Source: Hemiscyllium ocellatum (Eukaryota). From it: DNA of 64,000 nucleotides. Positions 11,732 to 25,085 of the stretch are shown here, one piece after another. Location of the stretch: assembly GCF_020745735.1 (NCBI RefSeq), contig NC_083425.1, positions 48,037,575 to 48,101,574 of the forward strand, written 5' to 3'. Each line of letters opens with the position of its first letter. The first letter of the stretch is position 1. The notes beneath the pieces were generated by a model. It was given only the letters and a program-made list of their open reading frames with translations, was not told the origin of the DNA and did no database searches. Both the position numbers and the translations under genes were made by a program.

Positions 11732-12560
11732 ATGACCAAAGGGAAGGGAACCCGCACCTCTCAACAAGCAGGACCCCCTCCCCCACCCTCTCCCTCTTCA
11801 GCTGCAGCAGAGGCGTCCACAGCCGCCCTGGGGGACTTACTGACGGTAACAAGCCTTGTGGAGATGATCACCAAGCTGGACGTGAAGATCGATGCCTTTA
11901 TCGAGGAGTCCCGACATCGCTGGGAATCACTCTCGGCCGAGCACGGCAGAAGCACGGCCGAGACATCCAGGAACTCGAGCGCCGAGTCGGAGGGGCGGAG
12001 TTAAAGGCCGCGACCTCCGAAACTGCAGCTCAATTAGCCGCGGATCAGGTCCGGGCTCTCGAGCAGCGAGTCCGGACCTTCGAAAAAATATTCGTTTGCT
12101 GGGCCTTCCCGAACAGGAAGAGGAAGGCCAGCTTACAGCATTCCTGGAGCAGTGGCTGCCACAGCTTTTAAATCTGCATGCTGGATCAGGCCAGGTAAGG
12201 GTGGAATGGGCCTACCGGGTCGCAATACGTGGGCCCGGCTCAAACCAGCGCCCACGCCCGGTCCTGTTCCAGCTGCAGAGCTATAGGGAGAGGCAGATGC
12301 TCCTAGAAGCCTCAAGAAATCTTGGAAAAGATCCCCAAGCCATGATCTATAAAGGATCCAAGATCATGCTATTTCAGGACTTTTCCCCAGCTCTGGTCCG
12401 AAAGAGGAAGGCATTCGATGAGGTGAAGAAGCGTTTAAGGGATTTAAATACTCAGTACTCCTTACATTATCCAGCGACGCTACGCTTTAACCACGAAGGA
12501 TCCATATATAACTTCGGATCACCAGAGAAGGCTAAGGAATTCTTGGACTCTCTTAAATAA
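11732..12560 (+). pseudogene. L1 ORF1p (coiled coil-RRM-CTD), frameshifted
   Basis: Motifs RKNIRLLGLPEQEE, RPRPVLF, FQDFS..LVRKRKAF, YSLHYPATLRF. The coiled coil (DIQELERRV..VRALEQRV) is in a third frame, with frameshifts near 11945 and 12080. Confidence 0.9.
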
Positions 12561-13291
12561 ACTGTAAGAGATTGTGGATGTTGGTTTGCCTTTCCCCCCA
12601 CTTTGGTCTATATCCCCCCTTTTTTCTCTCCTTTTTTTTACCTCATTGTTTAATATTATCATGGGGGGCGGGGAGAGGGATTTGATTTTCTCTCCCCCCC
12701 CGCTTGGTTTGTTTTCTTTTATTACTTTATGTATATATGTGGGTATGTATGTATGTATATATATGTTGGGGCGTTTGGTTAATGTTGGTGGGGGGAGGTG
12801 GTTACCTTATTCTATTTTACCTCTGTCTTTAGGAGCGGGGTTGTTTTTCCCCTGTTATTTTGTATTATTATATCTAATTATTACTTGTTGAGATTGTAAT
12901 TTTATAGTTATATATTTATATATGGTATTAACATTTCCAAATATATTCAGGTGTTGGTGTGGGCGGGGATAGGGTGCTCACTGTTAACTCTAGCTTTGTA
13001 TTATATTTGAATTCTCCTCATTTTATTGAGAAGCACCTGGGTCAAGGTTGGGGCATTGGTTGAGAGAGGATAAGATGGACTGTTGGAGAGGAAGTGACGC
13101 TCCCTGGGAACAAGGGGGAAAATCTCCATTTAGGTACGTTTTATATTTTTTTTATTTAGAAATAGTTTTTTATTATATTGTTGTGTGTGTAATAGAGAGC
13201 CTTTATTTTTGTAAATTTAATATGCTCCATGCTCGGGATGTTCCAGATAGGGTTTCCCCTCCCAAGGGGTCTCGGATCTGCCCAGATGATT

Positions 13292-16200
13292 ATGGTTGAT
13301 CAGTCGGTTAAGTGGTGCGCTTGGAATGTCAAGGGGAGTAATTCGCCAGTTAAAAGGAAGAAAATATTATCAAATCTTAAGAAAGAAAGAGTTGATATAG
13401 CTCTCCTACAAGAGACACACCTGTCGGATAAAGAACACTTAAAATTACGGCAGGGCGGATTTGATCAGGCCTTTTTCTCTTCTTTTAGCTCAAAAAGCAG
13501 GGGAGTTGTTATTCTTGTTCGGAAGAATTTCCCTTTCAAAATTCTAAATCAGATAAAAGACGAATCTGGACGATATATTTTGATTAAAGCCCTCGTAAAT
13601 GAGAGGAATGTGGGATTCTAAATTTGTACTGCCCCCCGGCACACCCCTCTAAATTTATAACGGAAGCTTTTTCAAAATTGATGGCCTTTGGTGCCCACCA
13701 TACAATTATAGGGGGAGACTTTAATTGTATTATGGATCCGGAAATAGATAGGATTCCCAAGAGTGCTGCCGGAGTATCTCCCAGATCTAGACAGTTGGTG
13801 GATCTGAATAAAGAATTAGGATTGGTAGATATATGGAGATGTCTTCATCCACAGGGTAGAGATTTTTCTTCTACTCTAATCCACACAAATGTCATACAAG
13901 AATTGATATGTTTTTTGCCCCATCGATTTTTAAAAATTCTATATTATCCTGTAAAATAGGTACTATAGCGATTTCCGACCACGCCGCTGTATATATGGAA
14001 ACTAAGGCAAGGAACAATGGGACATCCGCTCGGCATTGACGTATGGACCCCTTCCTGATAAAAGATGGTAAATTTGTAAAGTATTTCTCCCAAGAATTTA
14101 AAACTTTTTTAGAAATTAATTCAGGTACGGCTAGCAACCCATCAATGATGTGGGAGACCATCAAAGCTTATGCACGAGGTTTGATCATTTCCTAATCAGC
14201 AACCCAGAAGAAACTGAAGGGAGAGCAACAGCGTCTGCTCGAAGCTCGCTTAAAAGCAGCTGAAACAGCATACGCTGATAGACCTTCTATTATAAAATTG
14301 CAAAGGATTACGGCTCTTAGGACAGCTCTAAACACTACGCTTACTCAAACGGCTAAGAGGGAAATATTATTTGCAAAACAAAGGTTATATGAATATGGCG
14401 ATAAACCGGGTAGATACTTAGCATTTCTTGCAAAGAAAAAGAAGGCCCCTCAGACTATTACGACTATCAAGGAAAGTACAGGTACCTTGACTCATGATCA
14501 TAAAAAGATTAATGCGATCTTTAGAGAATTTTATTCTGAGTTATATAAATCGCAGGATTGTGAAGATAGGACTAGGATGATGCAGTCATTTTTTAAAAAT
14601 TTGACCTTTCCGGGCTTGACTCCGGAACAGGTATTGGCCCTAAATGCTCCTCTAACAGTCCAAGAAATACTTCATGCAATTAGGCAACTCCAGAGCGGAA
14701 AGGCACCGGGCCCAGATGGTTTTCAAGCTGAATTCTATAATGAATTTACAGAAATATTGGCTAATCCACTTATGGACATGTATAACTATGCATATAGTCA
14801 GGGCTGTCTCCCGCCTTCGCTGAAAGAGGCAAATATCTCTCTTATCCTTAAAAAAGGAAAAGATCCAGAAGACTGTACATCATGTAGACCAATATCCTTG
14901 CTAAATGTAGATTTTAAAATCCTCTCTAAAATGTTAGCACTGAGACTAGAAAGGGTACTGCCATATATTATAAAGGAGGATCAGACGGGATTTATTAAGG
15001 GCCGTAGATCATCCAATGATATTAGAAGGGTCTTGAATATGATCCAAGCCTGTCATCAGGGAAAGATACCAGGAGTAGTAATTTCATTAGACGCGGAAAA
15101 GGCATTCGATAGGGTTGAATGGTCATATTTGTTTTACACATTGGAAAGGTTTGGCGTTGGACAGGTGTTTACCAAATGGGTCTCAACATTGTATAGTGAT
15201 CCCAAAGCAGTTGTGGTTACCAATGGATTAGGTTCGGATAGCTTCAGTGTGGGTAGGGGCTGCCGTCAAGGATGTCCTCTCTCGCTATTGTTATTTACGC
15301 TAATAATTGAACCACTAGCAGAAGCTATACGGACTGATCCTAATATAACGGCCCCGAGGATTGGTACAGGTAAACACAAAATTACCCTTTATGCAGATGA
15401 TGTTCTTTTATTCCTCAATAATCCTCTGATGTCAGTACCTCGTCTAATTCAAGTTATTAATACATTTAGTGCATTCTCAGGCTATAAAATTAATTTTTCA
15501 AAATCGGAGGCTATGCCAATGGGTGGCCTGGCTGTGACACCCCACTTAGTGGAAGGATCCCTTTTTCCCTTTCGTTGGTCCCTGGAGGGTTTCTTATATT
15601 TAGGTATTTTTATTACTCCAGTATTTGGTCAGTTGTATAAGGCGAATTTTGTGCAATTACTGGAAAGGATAAGGCAGGACCTCCAGCGATGGAGAGACCT
15701 TCCAATTTCCTGGTTAGATAGAATAGCACTAATTAAAATGAATGTTCTGCCCCATCTCCTATATCCTATGAGAATGCTTCCGGTGATGCTGCCAAGGATG
15801 GCCCTACGTAAATTATATGGCTGGCTGGGTTCCTTTATTTGGAATCATAGATGGCCCCTTATTAAGCTGAAGAAGCTACAGCTTCCACAGGCAAGGGGAG
15901 GACTGGACTTCCCAGACTTTAGGAAATATCAGTTAAGTTCCTTACTAAGTTACATAGCTGATTGGGTCTTATCTGATCCACAATCAATCTGGCTGGACAT
16001 CGAGGCCTCCCAAGTAAAATACCCACTTATTAACCTCTTATTTTCAGACAAGAGGAAAATCATTACAGATCACTGTAAAAACCCCATAATACTAAACACA
16101 ATTAAGGCCTGGAATATAATGCGGCAAAATGAGGGTAATTTACATAAAACATCCCCCCATGCACCGATAGTAGGGGCATGGGGATTCCAACCGGGGTTTA

Positions 16201-17095
16201 CAGATGCCACTTTTAAACTCTGGAGATCCAGGGGTATCTCATGTTTAGGGGACCTATTTAAAGATGGGGTCCTGATGTCTTTTGAACAGCTGCGTCAGAA
16301 ATTCGGATTACCTAATGGAGACCTCTTTCGATACTTCCAAATTCGAGATTATATACAGAAGAAGACTACGTTAATAGATAGTCTTTATAAATCAGATAGA
16401 GAATGTAATGTCCTACGACCAGTGGGGGTATCCTCCGTTAGTACTATTTATCATTTACTACATGATGAAGTATCGGGAATATGGACAATCTGCTTAAAAC
16501 ATGGGATCAGGATTTGGGACTAGAAATCTCTATAGAAACGTGGAATGATATTTGGGAAAATGCTAGAAGGATTACTATCTGTAACAGAACCCAGGCTATC
16601 CAGCTGAAGATACTTCATAGGGCCCATATAGCACTGGCTCGATTGGCAAAATTTAAGGCAGGAGCATCTCCAATGTGTCCCAAATGCAAAATAGAGGTGG
16701 GCACTCTTGTACATTGCCTATGGACTTGTCATAAGATCCGTAGATATTAGACTAAAGTAGCAAGTACCCTGGCTGAAATTTTATAAATGGAAATTAGAGT
16801 GGACCCTGTATCTCTCCTTTCGGGCTTTTCGAACTTTTCCTCCCTGGATACGCACGGGAAGAGACTATTTTCTATTCTCGCTTTCTGTGCGAAGAAAAGT
16901 ATTTTGGTGAACTGGGTGGCTGAGGGCCCCCCTGGACTTTCAAATTGGCACAGATTAATTATGGAATATATTCCCCTTGACTTCCTTACAAATATGGTGC
17001 ACCGAAAGACTGAATTATTTTATAAAATATGGCAGCCCTTTTTGAATTACATAAATGCAGATATTTCGGTCATCCTAACAAGGGCCTTTATTTAG
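13292..17095 (+). pseudogene. L1 ORF2p (APE endonuclease, reverse transcriptase, CCHC zinc knuckle), with frameshifts and stops; longest open piece 14298-16523
   Basis: EN: WNVKG, LLQETH, GGDFN, SDH. RT: PGPDGF, RPISLLNVDFKILSK, SLDAEKAFDRVEW, GCRQGCPLS, YADD. C-terminus: CPKC..GTLVHCLWTC. Confidence 0.95.
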
Positions 17096-18170
17096 TGAAG
17101 ATTACAAACCTGGCTGCTCCGGGGCCCCTTGGGAGAGGAATCCCGCACGAATACGGGTTTTATTACATTTGATGTTAATACATTCCGAGCATGCAAGAGA
17201 CTTAAGTATACACTCTGGTTAGTTATAGGTTAGATTAGCAGAAAGTTGAGTTTTGTTTTTTTTTATTTTATTTCGTTTTTTTTCTTTCCTTTGTTAAATT
17301 TTGACTATTGTATATTTGATTTAATTGTACATCAATGTTTGTATTTGAGAGTTTTGTTTATTTTTATAAACTTGTAAAAATGTTAAATTTCTAATAAAAA
17401 TATCTTAAAAAAAACTTGCGTGAGTAACGAATGTTCAAACATGTTCTTATTGGAAGCCAATAAAAAAGCTTGTGAGGTGGAATCACTGTTGTCACAATCT
17501 GGATACATGACAGCTTGTGCGCAGCAAGCTCCCACAGACAGTGATTAATGGTGCACACACCCTCTGTTCAATGTGTTGATTCGGTAAAATTTATTCAGTC
17601 CACCTGGGGGAGGAGAGAGCAAACTGTCCCACAATGAAGGATCCATTGGATTGACAACAGCAGAATTTAAGACAACAGCTACAGCCTTCAAAAATATGCA
17701 CAACTCCCCATTCCTGAAGAATTCCTATGTTAATTAATAAAACACAAATTGTACACATTTCTGGGAGAATTTACCCACCCCAGTGTGTGTTAGAACTCTG
17801 TGGAAGACTGATGCAACAAATGCAGGAAATATTATAGCCATATATGGCTGTTTCTATCTCTGGACTTACAGTCTTGTGTTAAAAGCACTGATATGTGCTC
17901 TAAACTCCTGACATTGTGCAGGCAATCATACTAGGATTAGCAAAGTCCCCTATTCCCATCTGTTGCTATGCCAAAGCCAAAAAGGCCCACATGAGGTCAA
18001 GTACAAAATGTAAAGCACAGAAAATAAACAACTGCAAACAAAAAAAAATAATTCTGGTTATGGCAAACTGCAAGTACTAATCGACACTAAAATGTTCACA
18101 AACAGAAATCTATCATGAGTCAGAGTCAGAATAAAAAGGCTGTCTAATGCAGAAAGGTTGGTTAGGTTAT

Positions 18171-18516
18171 GGGTGGCATGGTGGCTCAGTGGTTAGTACT
18201 GATGCCTCACAGTGCTAGGGATCCGGGTTCAATTCCAGCCTTGGGTGACTTTCTGTGTGGAGTTTGCACATTCTCCCCGTGTCTGCGTGGGTTTCTGCCA
18301 GATGCTCTGGTTTCCTCCCACGATCTGAAGATGTGCAGGTTAGATGAATTGGTCATGCTGAATTGTACCATAGCATTCAGGAATGTGTAGGTTAGATGCA
18401 TTAGTCAGGGGTAAATGTAGAGCAGCAGGGAATGGGTCTGGGTGGGTTACTCTTTGAAGGGTTGGTAAGGACTTGTTGGGCTGAAGGGTCTGTTTCCACA
18501 CTGTAGGGATTCTATG
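18171..18516 (+). mobile_element. HE1-type V-SINE, full length
   Basis: A-box/B-box head (ggtggctcagtgg..ggttcaattcc), V-domain, tail cacactgtagggattctatg. Confidence 0.92.
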
Positions 18517-19086
18517 GTTAGGCCTATACTGACTGAAGTTTAGGAGCATGAGAAGTGACCTGATTGAAAGTGAGGATTCTGAGGGTGATTGAAAGAGTGG
18601 ATGCTGAGTGCATGGATTTCCCAGGGATTGGCAATCTCACATCCTCCGTCCCTTCATGTTTTTCTGAAAATGTGAGAGCGCTGTATTTCTGACAAGAGAT
18701 GCCCCCAAAGATCTCCTTCAGAAATTCGGAGTTGTACTTCCACTCAGGAAGAGGAAGACAAGCCAGAGCCACTTTTTTCTCACAGAGGACAGCTGCTGTA
18801 TTCTGAAGGTATGGTGCTGGGGCCTCCCCAGTGTCATCTGTATAAACCCAACCATTCACCAGATCAAGCCCAGCTGCCCTTCACCATGTATACAGTAGTA
18901 AGGCAGCCAAAAACAAGCATTTCAACAGGGCATGGAGGTGGCATGCCTGATCCTTCTTTGCAAACAGAAGTGCACATTTATACATTTATTTCTGCTAACA
19001 AACCAAGCAACAGAACTTACCCATGCTCAGCCTTCTCCCTGTCTAAGGAAGTAATGACCCTGTTGGCCAATATCTTGTCATTGTTC

Positions 19087-19245
19087 AAAGTAGCTGAAAA
19101 TGTGTTGCTGGAAAAGCGCAGCAGGTCAGGCAGCATCCAAAGAGCAGGAGAATCAACGTTTCGGGTATGAGCTGACCTGCTGCGCTTTTCCAGCAACACA
19201 TTTTCCAGCTCTGCTCCCCAGCATCTGCAGTCCTCACTTTCTCCC
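19087..19245. mobile_element. Fold-back PLE terminus with central deletion
   Basis: aaaatgtgttgctggaaaagcgcagcaggtca is the reverse complement of tgacctgctgcgcttttccagcaacacatttt. Confidence 0.75.
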
Positions 19246-19631
19246 ATTGTTCAATGTAGTTCCATCGCACCCTGGAAAGCCTTCAAGTAGCTATAGGCAT
19301 CCATGTACAACAGCAGCAACCAAAATAAACAATAAAGTGAGCTGCTCTTGGTCTCTGAGAGCACAAAGGGACTATTTAGCTTTCAAGCAGCAATGGGTTT
19401 ACAATTGATGAGTGATCACTACACCCTGTTAGAGCCCGGTGTCAATTAAATTCTGTTCGGCTTGTAGCACCCAATACAGCTGTGCTCTATCAGGCAGGAG
19501 GTGATGATCCTCGACCTCAAGATGCCTTACTCCTCCTGCTGACGCTCTCCCAGCTTTCCAGAGTCCATCACATTCACCATATCTTTCCAAGTTCCGGCTG
19601 CACAGAGCACAGTATGCTGCAGTTATCGACC

Positions 19632-20151
19632 GAATATTGTGTGCAATTCTGCTATCTTCTTATCGGTTGTGAAACTTGAAAGGGTTCAGAAAAGATTTAC
19701 AAGGATGTTACCAGGGTTGGAGGATTTGAGCTACAGGGAGAGGCTGAACAGTCTGGGGCTGTTTTCCCTGGAGCGTCCGAGGCTGAAGGGTAACCTTATA
19801 GAGGTTTACAAAATCATGAGGGGCATGGATAGGGTAAAGAGAAAGGTTTTTCGCTGGGGTTGGGGAGTCCAGAACTAGAGGGCATAGGTTTAGGGTGAGA
19901 GGGGAAAAATATTAAAGGGACCTAAGGGGCAACCTTTTCACCCAGAGGGTGGTGCGTGTATGGAATGAGCTGCCAGAGGATGTGATGGAGGCTGGTACAA
20001 CTGCAACATTTAAAAGGCAAAGGAAGGGTTTGGAGGGATATGGGCTGGGTGCTGGCAGATTGGACTATATTGGGTTGGGATATCTGGTCAGCATGTACAA
20101 GCTGGACTGAAGGGTCTGTTTCCATGATGTACATCTCTATGACTCTATGAC
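19632..20151 (+). mobile_element. CR1/HER1 LINE 3' fragment
   Basis: LERVQKRFTRMLPGLEDLSYRERL C-terminal ORF2 motif; (CTCTATGA)n tail. Confidence 0.92.
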
Positions 20152-20679
20152 ATTATCTCTGCTCTGTACTACAAGCTTCATCCCAGACCAATCCAAGCAG
20201 CGGGACTTCATCTTCCCGTTGCCTGGCATCTGCATCACCCAAGGCCCCTGTTGCTACCTTCCATGTATGTTCAGCCTCAGTCAATGAATGGCCTTATCAG
20301 CCATGACTACAGATGGTATCCCCTGTCTATCACCCTCGTACGGCATCCAGCGCTTTAAATAAAAGCAGGAGAGTTACCGAGGATAGAGGCATCATAGCAG
20401 CTCCCAGATTACGTAACGCTGACTTCTATGTAGTGCTCGCAATGATTACAGATGACTTGTATATCGATGGGATGGGAGTCTGCTATATTTTGATATGGCC
20501 TGTCGATATCACATGTGTGCAGGTGGTGGCATCCTGTGCCTGGGAGGGGAGGGGGTGGGGTGGTGTCACCAGCTCAAAGACCAAGGTCAAGGGCTGTCCC
20601 TCTGAGATGCAGTAGTGTGATCTGGCCCAATTGTACTAGTTTCTGCTTTAATGAAAACCGAGGGCTGGGAGATCCCACA

Positions 20680-20870
20680 CAGTCCAAAGTTATGTAGATT
20701 AGGTGGAGTGGCCATGCCAAATTACCCACAGAGTCCATGGATGTGCAGGCTAGGTGGATTAGCCATGGGAAGTGCAGGGTTATAGAGATGGGATAGGTTG
20801 CTCTTCAGAGGGGCAATGTGGACTCAATGGGCTGAATGGCCTGCTTCCAGATTGTCAGGATTCTATGATT
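20680..20870 (+). mobile_element. HE1 SINE 3' half
   Basis: cccacacagtccaaag..ggccatgc..gggctgaatggcctgcttcc..ggattctatg. Confidence 0.75.
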
Positions 20871-21388
20871 CTTCTGTAGGTCCCCAGTGAAGCAGCCACA
20901 TGGAGAGGATGCCCCCACCCCTCACTGCTTGAGGTCCTGCCTGGTCCAACAGCAGTGTCTGAGGCATCCTCAGTCTGCAGTGACATTACGCCCCACTCGA
21001 CCAGAGGAAATGGCAGTGTAGGCACCAGACTCTGGCCTTCCTTAACCTCCTCTACATCCAGAGGGAAACTTTAGCACTGACCCAGCATGTGGAGTACAGT
21101 AGCCACAGATCCTGGGCTTGCACCTCCATTTCTCAGCACCTGTGCTGCACGGCAGCAGCAGTGAAGATGGCGCCAGGCAGCATACCTTAATTATGGTCAC
21201 ACTGAGCCTGCATGGGCAAGGTCAGAAACACAACAGATCCTTCCGCTCTCACATCATTCACAAATGACAGTTTAGTCATGTCCTGCGTACACTGGGTCAT
21301 GGAGAACTCCAACAAGAAAGTTTAGGGATTTGCATATTAATAAATCAAAACCTGCATTCCCATTCTAAGTGATTAAAGATTTAGAATT

Positions 21389-22320
21389 ATAGAGTCATAG
21401 AGATATACAGCACAAAAAAGACCCTACGGTCCAACTTGTTCCTGCTGACCAGCTGTCATAACTTAATTTGCCAGCACCCGGCCCATATCCCTCCAAATCC
21501 TTCCTATTCATATACCCATCCAGGTGCCTTTTAAATGCTGTAATAGTACCAGCTTCCACCACTTCCTCTGGCAGCTCATTCCATACACGTACCACCCTCT
21601 GTGTAAAAACGTTGCCCCTTAGGTCCCTTTTATATCTTTCCACTCTCACCCTAAACCTATGCCCTTGAATTCTGGACTCCCCCACCCCAGGGAATATACC
21701 GTGTCTATTTATCATATCCATGCCCCTCATGATTTTATAAACTTCTATAAGGTCACCCCTCAGACTCCGATGCTCCAGGGAAAACAGCCCTAGCATATTC
21801 AATGTTTTCCTATAGCTCAAATCCTTCAACCCTGGCAACATCCATGTAAATCTTTTCTGAACACTTTAAAGTTTCACAACATCATTCCAATAGAAAGGAG
21901 ACCAGAATTGTACGCAATATTCCAAAAGTAGACTAACCAATGTCCTGTACAGCCACAACATGACCTCCCAACCCCTATACTCAATACTCTGACCAATAAA
22001 AGAAAGCATGCCAAACATCTTCTTCACTATCCTACCTACCTGCAACTCTACTTTCAAGGGATATGAACCTGCACTCTAAGGTCTCTTTGTTCAGCAATAC
22101 TCCCCAGGATTAAGTGTATAAGTCTTGCTCTGTTTTACTTTTCCAAAAATCAGAACCTCACAGTTCTCTAAATTAAACTCCATCTGCCACTCCTCAGCCC
22201 ATTGGATTATCTGATCAAAATCCCATTGTATTCTGAGATAACCTTCTTTGCTGTCCACTATATCTCCAACTTTGGTGTCATCTGCAAACTTAATAATTTA
22301 TACCTTCTATGTTCATATCA
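21389..22320 (-). mobile_element. CR1/HER1 LINE 3' fragment
   Basis: Minus-strand ORFs 21395-21841 and 21866-22057 encode the CR1 RT C-terminus (LEYCVQFWSP, LRGDLIEVYKIM, WNELP); KFADDTK near 22280. Confidence 0.93.
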
Positions 22321-22324
22321 ATCA

Positions 22325-22502
22325 ATGTTTGTTCAATACATCACATCAGTTGAATGACACTTTGATCTTTTACTCTAAATTCTGTGTCCTGCAATTCTGC
22401 CCCACTAGCTACCTGATGAAGGTGCAGTGCTCTAAAAGCTTGTACTTCCATATAAACCTGCTGGACTGTAACCTGGTATTGTGTGATTTTTAACTTTGTC
22501 CC
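22325..22502 (+). mobile_element. PLE terminus family 2 with decayed hammerhead
   Basis: tac-CTGATGA-aggtgcagtgctct-AAAAGCTT-gta followed by aaacctgctggactgtaacctggt..gtgatttttaact, same family as 38115-38315. Confidence 0.65.
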
Positions 22503-22639
22503 ACAAGAAAGATCATGGAATGCCTTGATGTAGAGATTTGTCATCAGGCTCTTAAATAGATGGATGCAGTGTCCACCATGTCATGCAAATATATTGATTG
22601 TAAATGTTTTAAGATTACTGATACCATATCTCCCTGCAG

Positions 22640-23635
22640 TCACAACTCCACCCCCAACATCATCCCCTCCTCCACAACCATCCCCCACCCCACAATCATC
22701 CTCTCCCCCCCATCACCATGCCCCGCCCCCACCACCATCCCCTCCCCCCACACCATCATCCCCCTCCCCCATACCACACCCTCCCCATTATCATGCCCCT
22801 CCCCCACCACCATTCCCCTCTCCCACCAACATCCCCCTCCCCATCATCATCCCCCCACACCACCACCACACATTAACATCCCCCTCCCCGACACCACACC
22901 CTTCCCATCACCATGCCCCTCCCGCACCACTATCCCCTCCCCCTACATCACCATACCCCACCCCCACACCATACCTTCCCCATCACCATGCCCCTCCCCC
23001 ACCGCCATTCCCCTCCCCCACCAACATCCCCTCCCCCAACACCATTCCCCCACACCACCATCACCCTCCCCAACACCATCCCCACCCCACCACCATGCCC
23101 TCCCCCCAGCACCGCACCCTCCCCAACACCACCATCTCCCTCCCCAACACCACCATCTCCCTCGCCCACACCACCATACCCCTCCCCCACACCACCATCC
23201 CCCTCCCCAACACCATCCCCACCACATCCCCTTCCCCCACCACCATCCCATCCCCCCACACCATCCCCTCCCCAACCATCAACCCCTCCCCCACTAACAT
23301 CCCCCTTCTCCACCACCAACCCCCTCCCCACCACCATCCCCTCGACCCACACCAACATCCTACTCCCCCACACCACCATCCCCCTCCCCACACCACCATC
23401 CCCTCCCCCAACATCAACATCCCACCCACACCAACATCACCTCCCCCACACCACCATCCCCCTCCCCAACCACAATCACCTTCCCCCACATCAACATCCC
23501 CTTTCCCCAACACCACCATCCCCCTCCTGCATATCACCATCCCCCTCCCCATCACCATCCCCTTGCCCCCCCACCACCATCCCCTCCCCCACTAACATCC
23601 CCTTTCCCCACCAACATCCCATCCCTGACATCACC
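22640..23635 (+). repeat. C-rich degenerate minisatellite (ccctcccccacaccaccatc-like units)
   Basis: ~1 kb almost devoid of G on the + strand; recurring ~19-21 bp units. Confidence 0.9.
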
Positions 23636-24654
23636 CAAGAAAGCAGCTTTCCATGTAAGAGCAAGTTGGCTCAGTGACCTTATGTGACCTATTGAGGTCT
23701 TTGTGAATTGTGGCTTGAAACAAGTTTGCCTGTGACTAACTCTGCTTCACAGAGATGACCATAATGGGAAATACAGCAGGGTAGGGTGAGGAGGTAGGTC
23801 CAGGTGAGATGCTCTTTGGAGGATCGGTGGGACTTGATGGGCTGAATGACCTACTTTCACACTGTAGGGATTTTACAGATCTGATTCAATGACCAATGAT
23901 ATGCTTGTGGCCTGGATTTGTTTGTCCCCCCAGTTGGAGACTGTGTGTATTTCATGTGCAGGGTACTACAGGCTGGACTGCACAAATGCCTGATTTATAC
24001 GATTGCCCTTTGATGAGCCTCACATCACACTCACAAGCAGAGCCTGCATACTCAGACAGAAAACAAACCCTTACTCCGCCCACTCCAGGTGTGGTCACAT
24101 CCATTTGCTATTTCCATGGGGCTTTAATAAGTGGCATGAGGAGGATCGCTGAACACTACCACCCGAGCCCCACTCCTGCAGCTCAGTCATGCCCCACCGC
24201 CATGCTGCACTGGCCCCTCCCCTCCATATACCTACCCTGTAAATGCTAGGGAGGGGTTGACCATCGACACCCTTCTCTCTTGCAGCAACCCATGTCCTCC
24301 AATGCTCAGTCATCTCTCACCTCTCTATGGTGAGATTCACAGTTCTAGTCCCTTCTGTATCTCAGCACACACCAGGATTCACTGCCCTAAATTCCCTGCC
24401 ATATCAGTGGCCCCTGACAACACCCCTGGAATTTAATTGAGCTGACCCTCAGAGCTGACCATGACCCACCTACTGCCCAATGTAGACAGATAGCCCGGAT
24501 GTATGTAACCAGACTCCTGACTGACCTCTGTGCAGCTATATGTCATACATGACTCCCCAGACTAGGTTCCCTGGACCGACAGGACTGACTGCAGTGACAC
24601 ATACTCCCTGACCGACACCCTGACCACTCCAGGAAGCCAACAGACCACCCTCAA

Positions 24655-25085
24655 CAGGAGGTGATAGTCTAAAGACATTATTGCTGAACTAACCCTCCGG
24701 AGACCCACATAATGTTCTGGAGATCTGAGCTCACACCTGCCTTAGAAGTAAGAGTCTAATTAGATTAGATTCCCTACAGTGTGGAAACAGGCCCTTTGGC
24801 CCAACAGATCCATACTGGCCCTCTGATAAGCAACCCACCCACACCCATTCCCCAACCCGATATTTGCCCCTGACAAATGCACCTAATACTGCGGGCAATT
24901 TAGCATGGCCAATTCACCGGCTGCCCCGATGGCCTAATGGTGACTGTGAGTCAATTGTTGAATGCTGTCATTCTTGCCTGTTCTGAACTACATGTGACTG
25001 CAGACTCACAGCAATTTGTTCAAAGGTTAACTGCCCTCTGGGCAAGTAGGCATGGACAATAAATGTTGGCCGAGCCGAATGCTGT
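24655..25085 (+). mobile_element. Deu-domain (SacSINE1-like) SINE interrupted by an HE1 3' fragment (24760-24920, minus)
   Basis: ctacatgtgactgcagactcacagcaat..ttaactgccctctg..gacaataaatgttggcc; inserted ttagattagattccctacag..ggccaattcacc. Confidence 0.6.

Larger units (their letters stand above)
11560..17412 (+). mobile_element. Full-length L1-clade LINE (inactivated), 5853 bp
   Basis: 13-bp TSD AACTTGCGTGAGT at 11547-11559 and 17413-17425; 5' end GGGGGATCCAAGATAGCGG; ORF1, long spacer, ORF2 (EN-RT-CCHC); AATAAA at 17393 and a short A tail. Confidence 0.96.

Noticed and set aside
18171-18245. tRNA-like A/B boxes (also at other SINE heads)
   Set aside because: tRNA-derived SINE heads continuing into the V-domain; no complete cloverleaf
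22560-23677. Pro/His-rich and Gly/Trp-rich ORFs up to 343 aa
   Set aside because: Open in nearly all frames on both strands because the C-rich repeat lacks stop codons; not gene evidence
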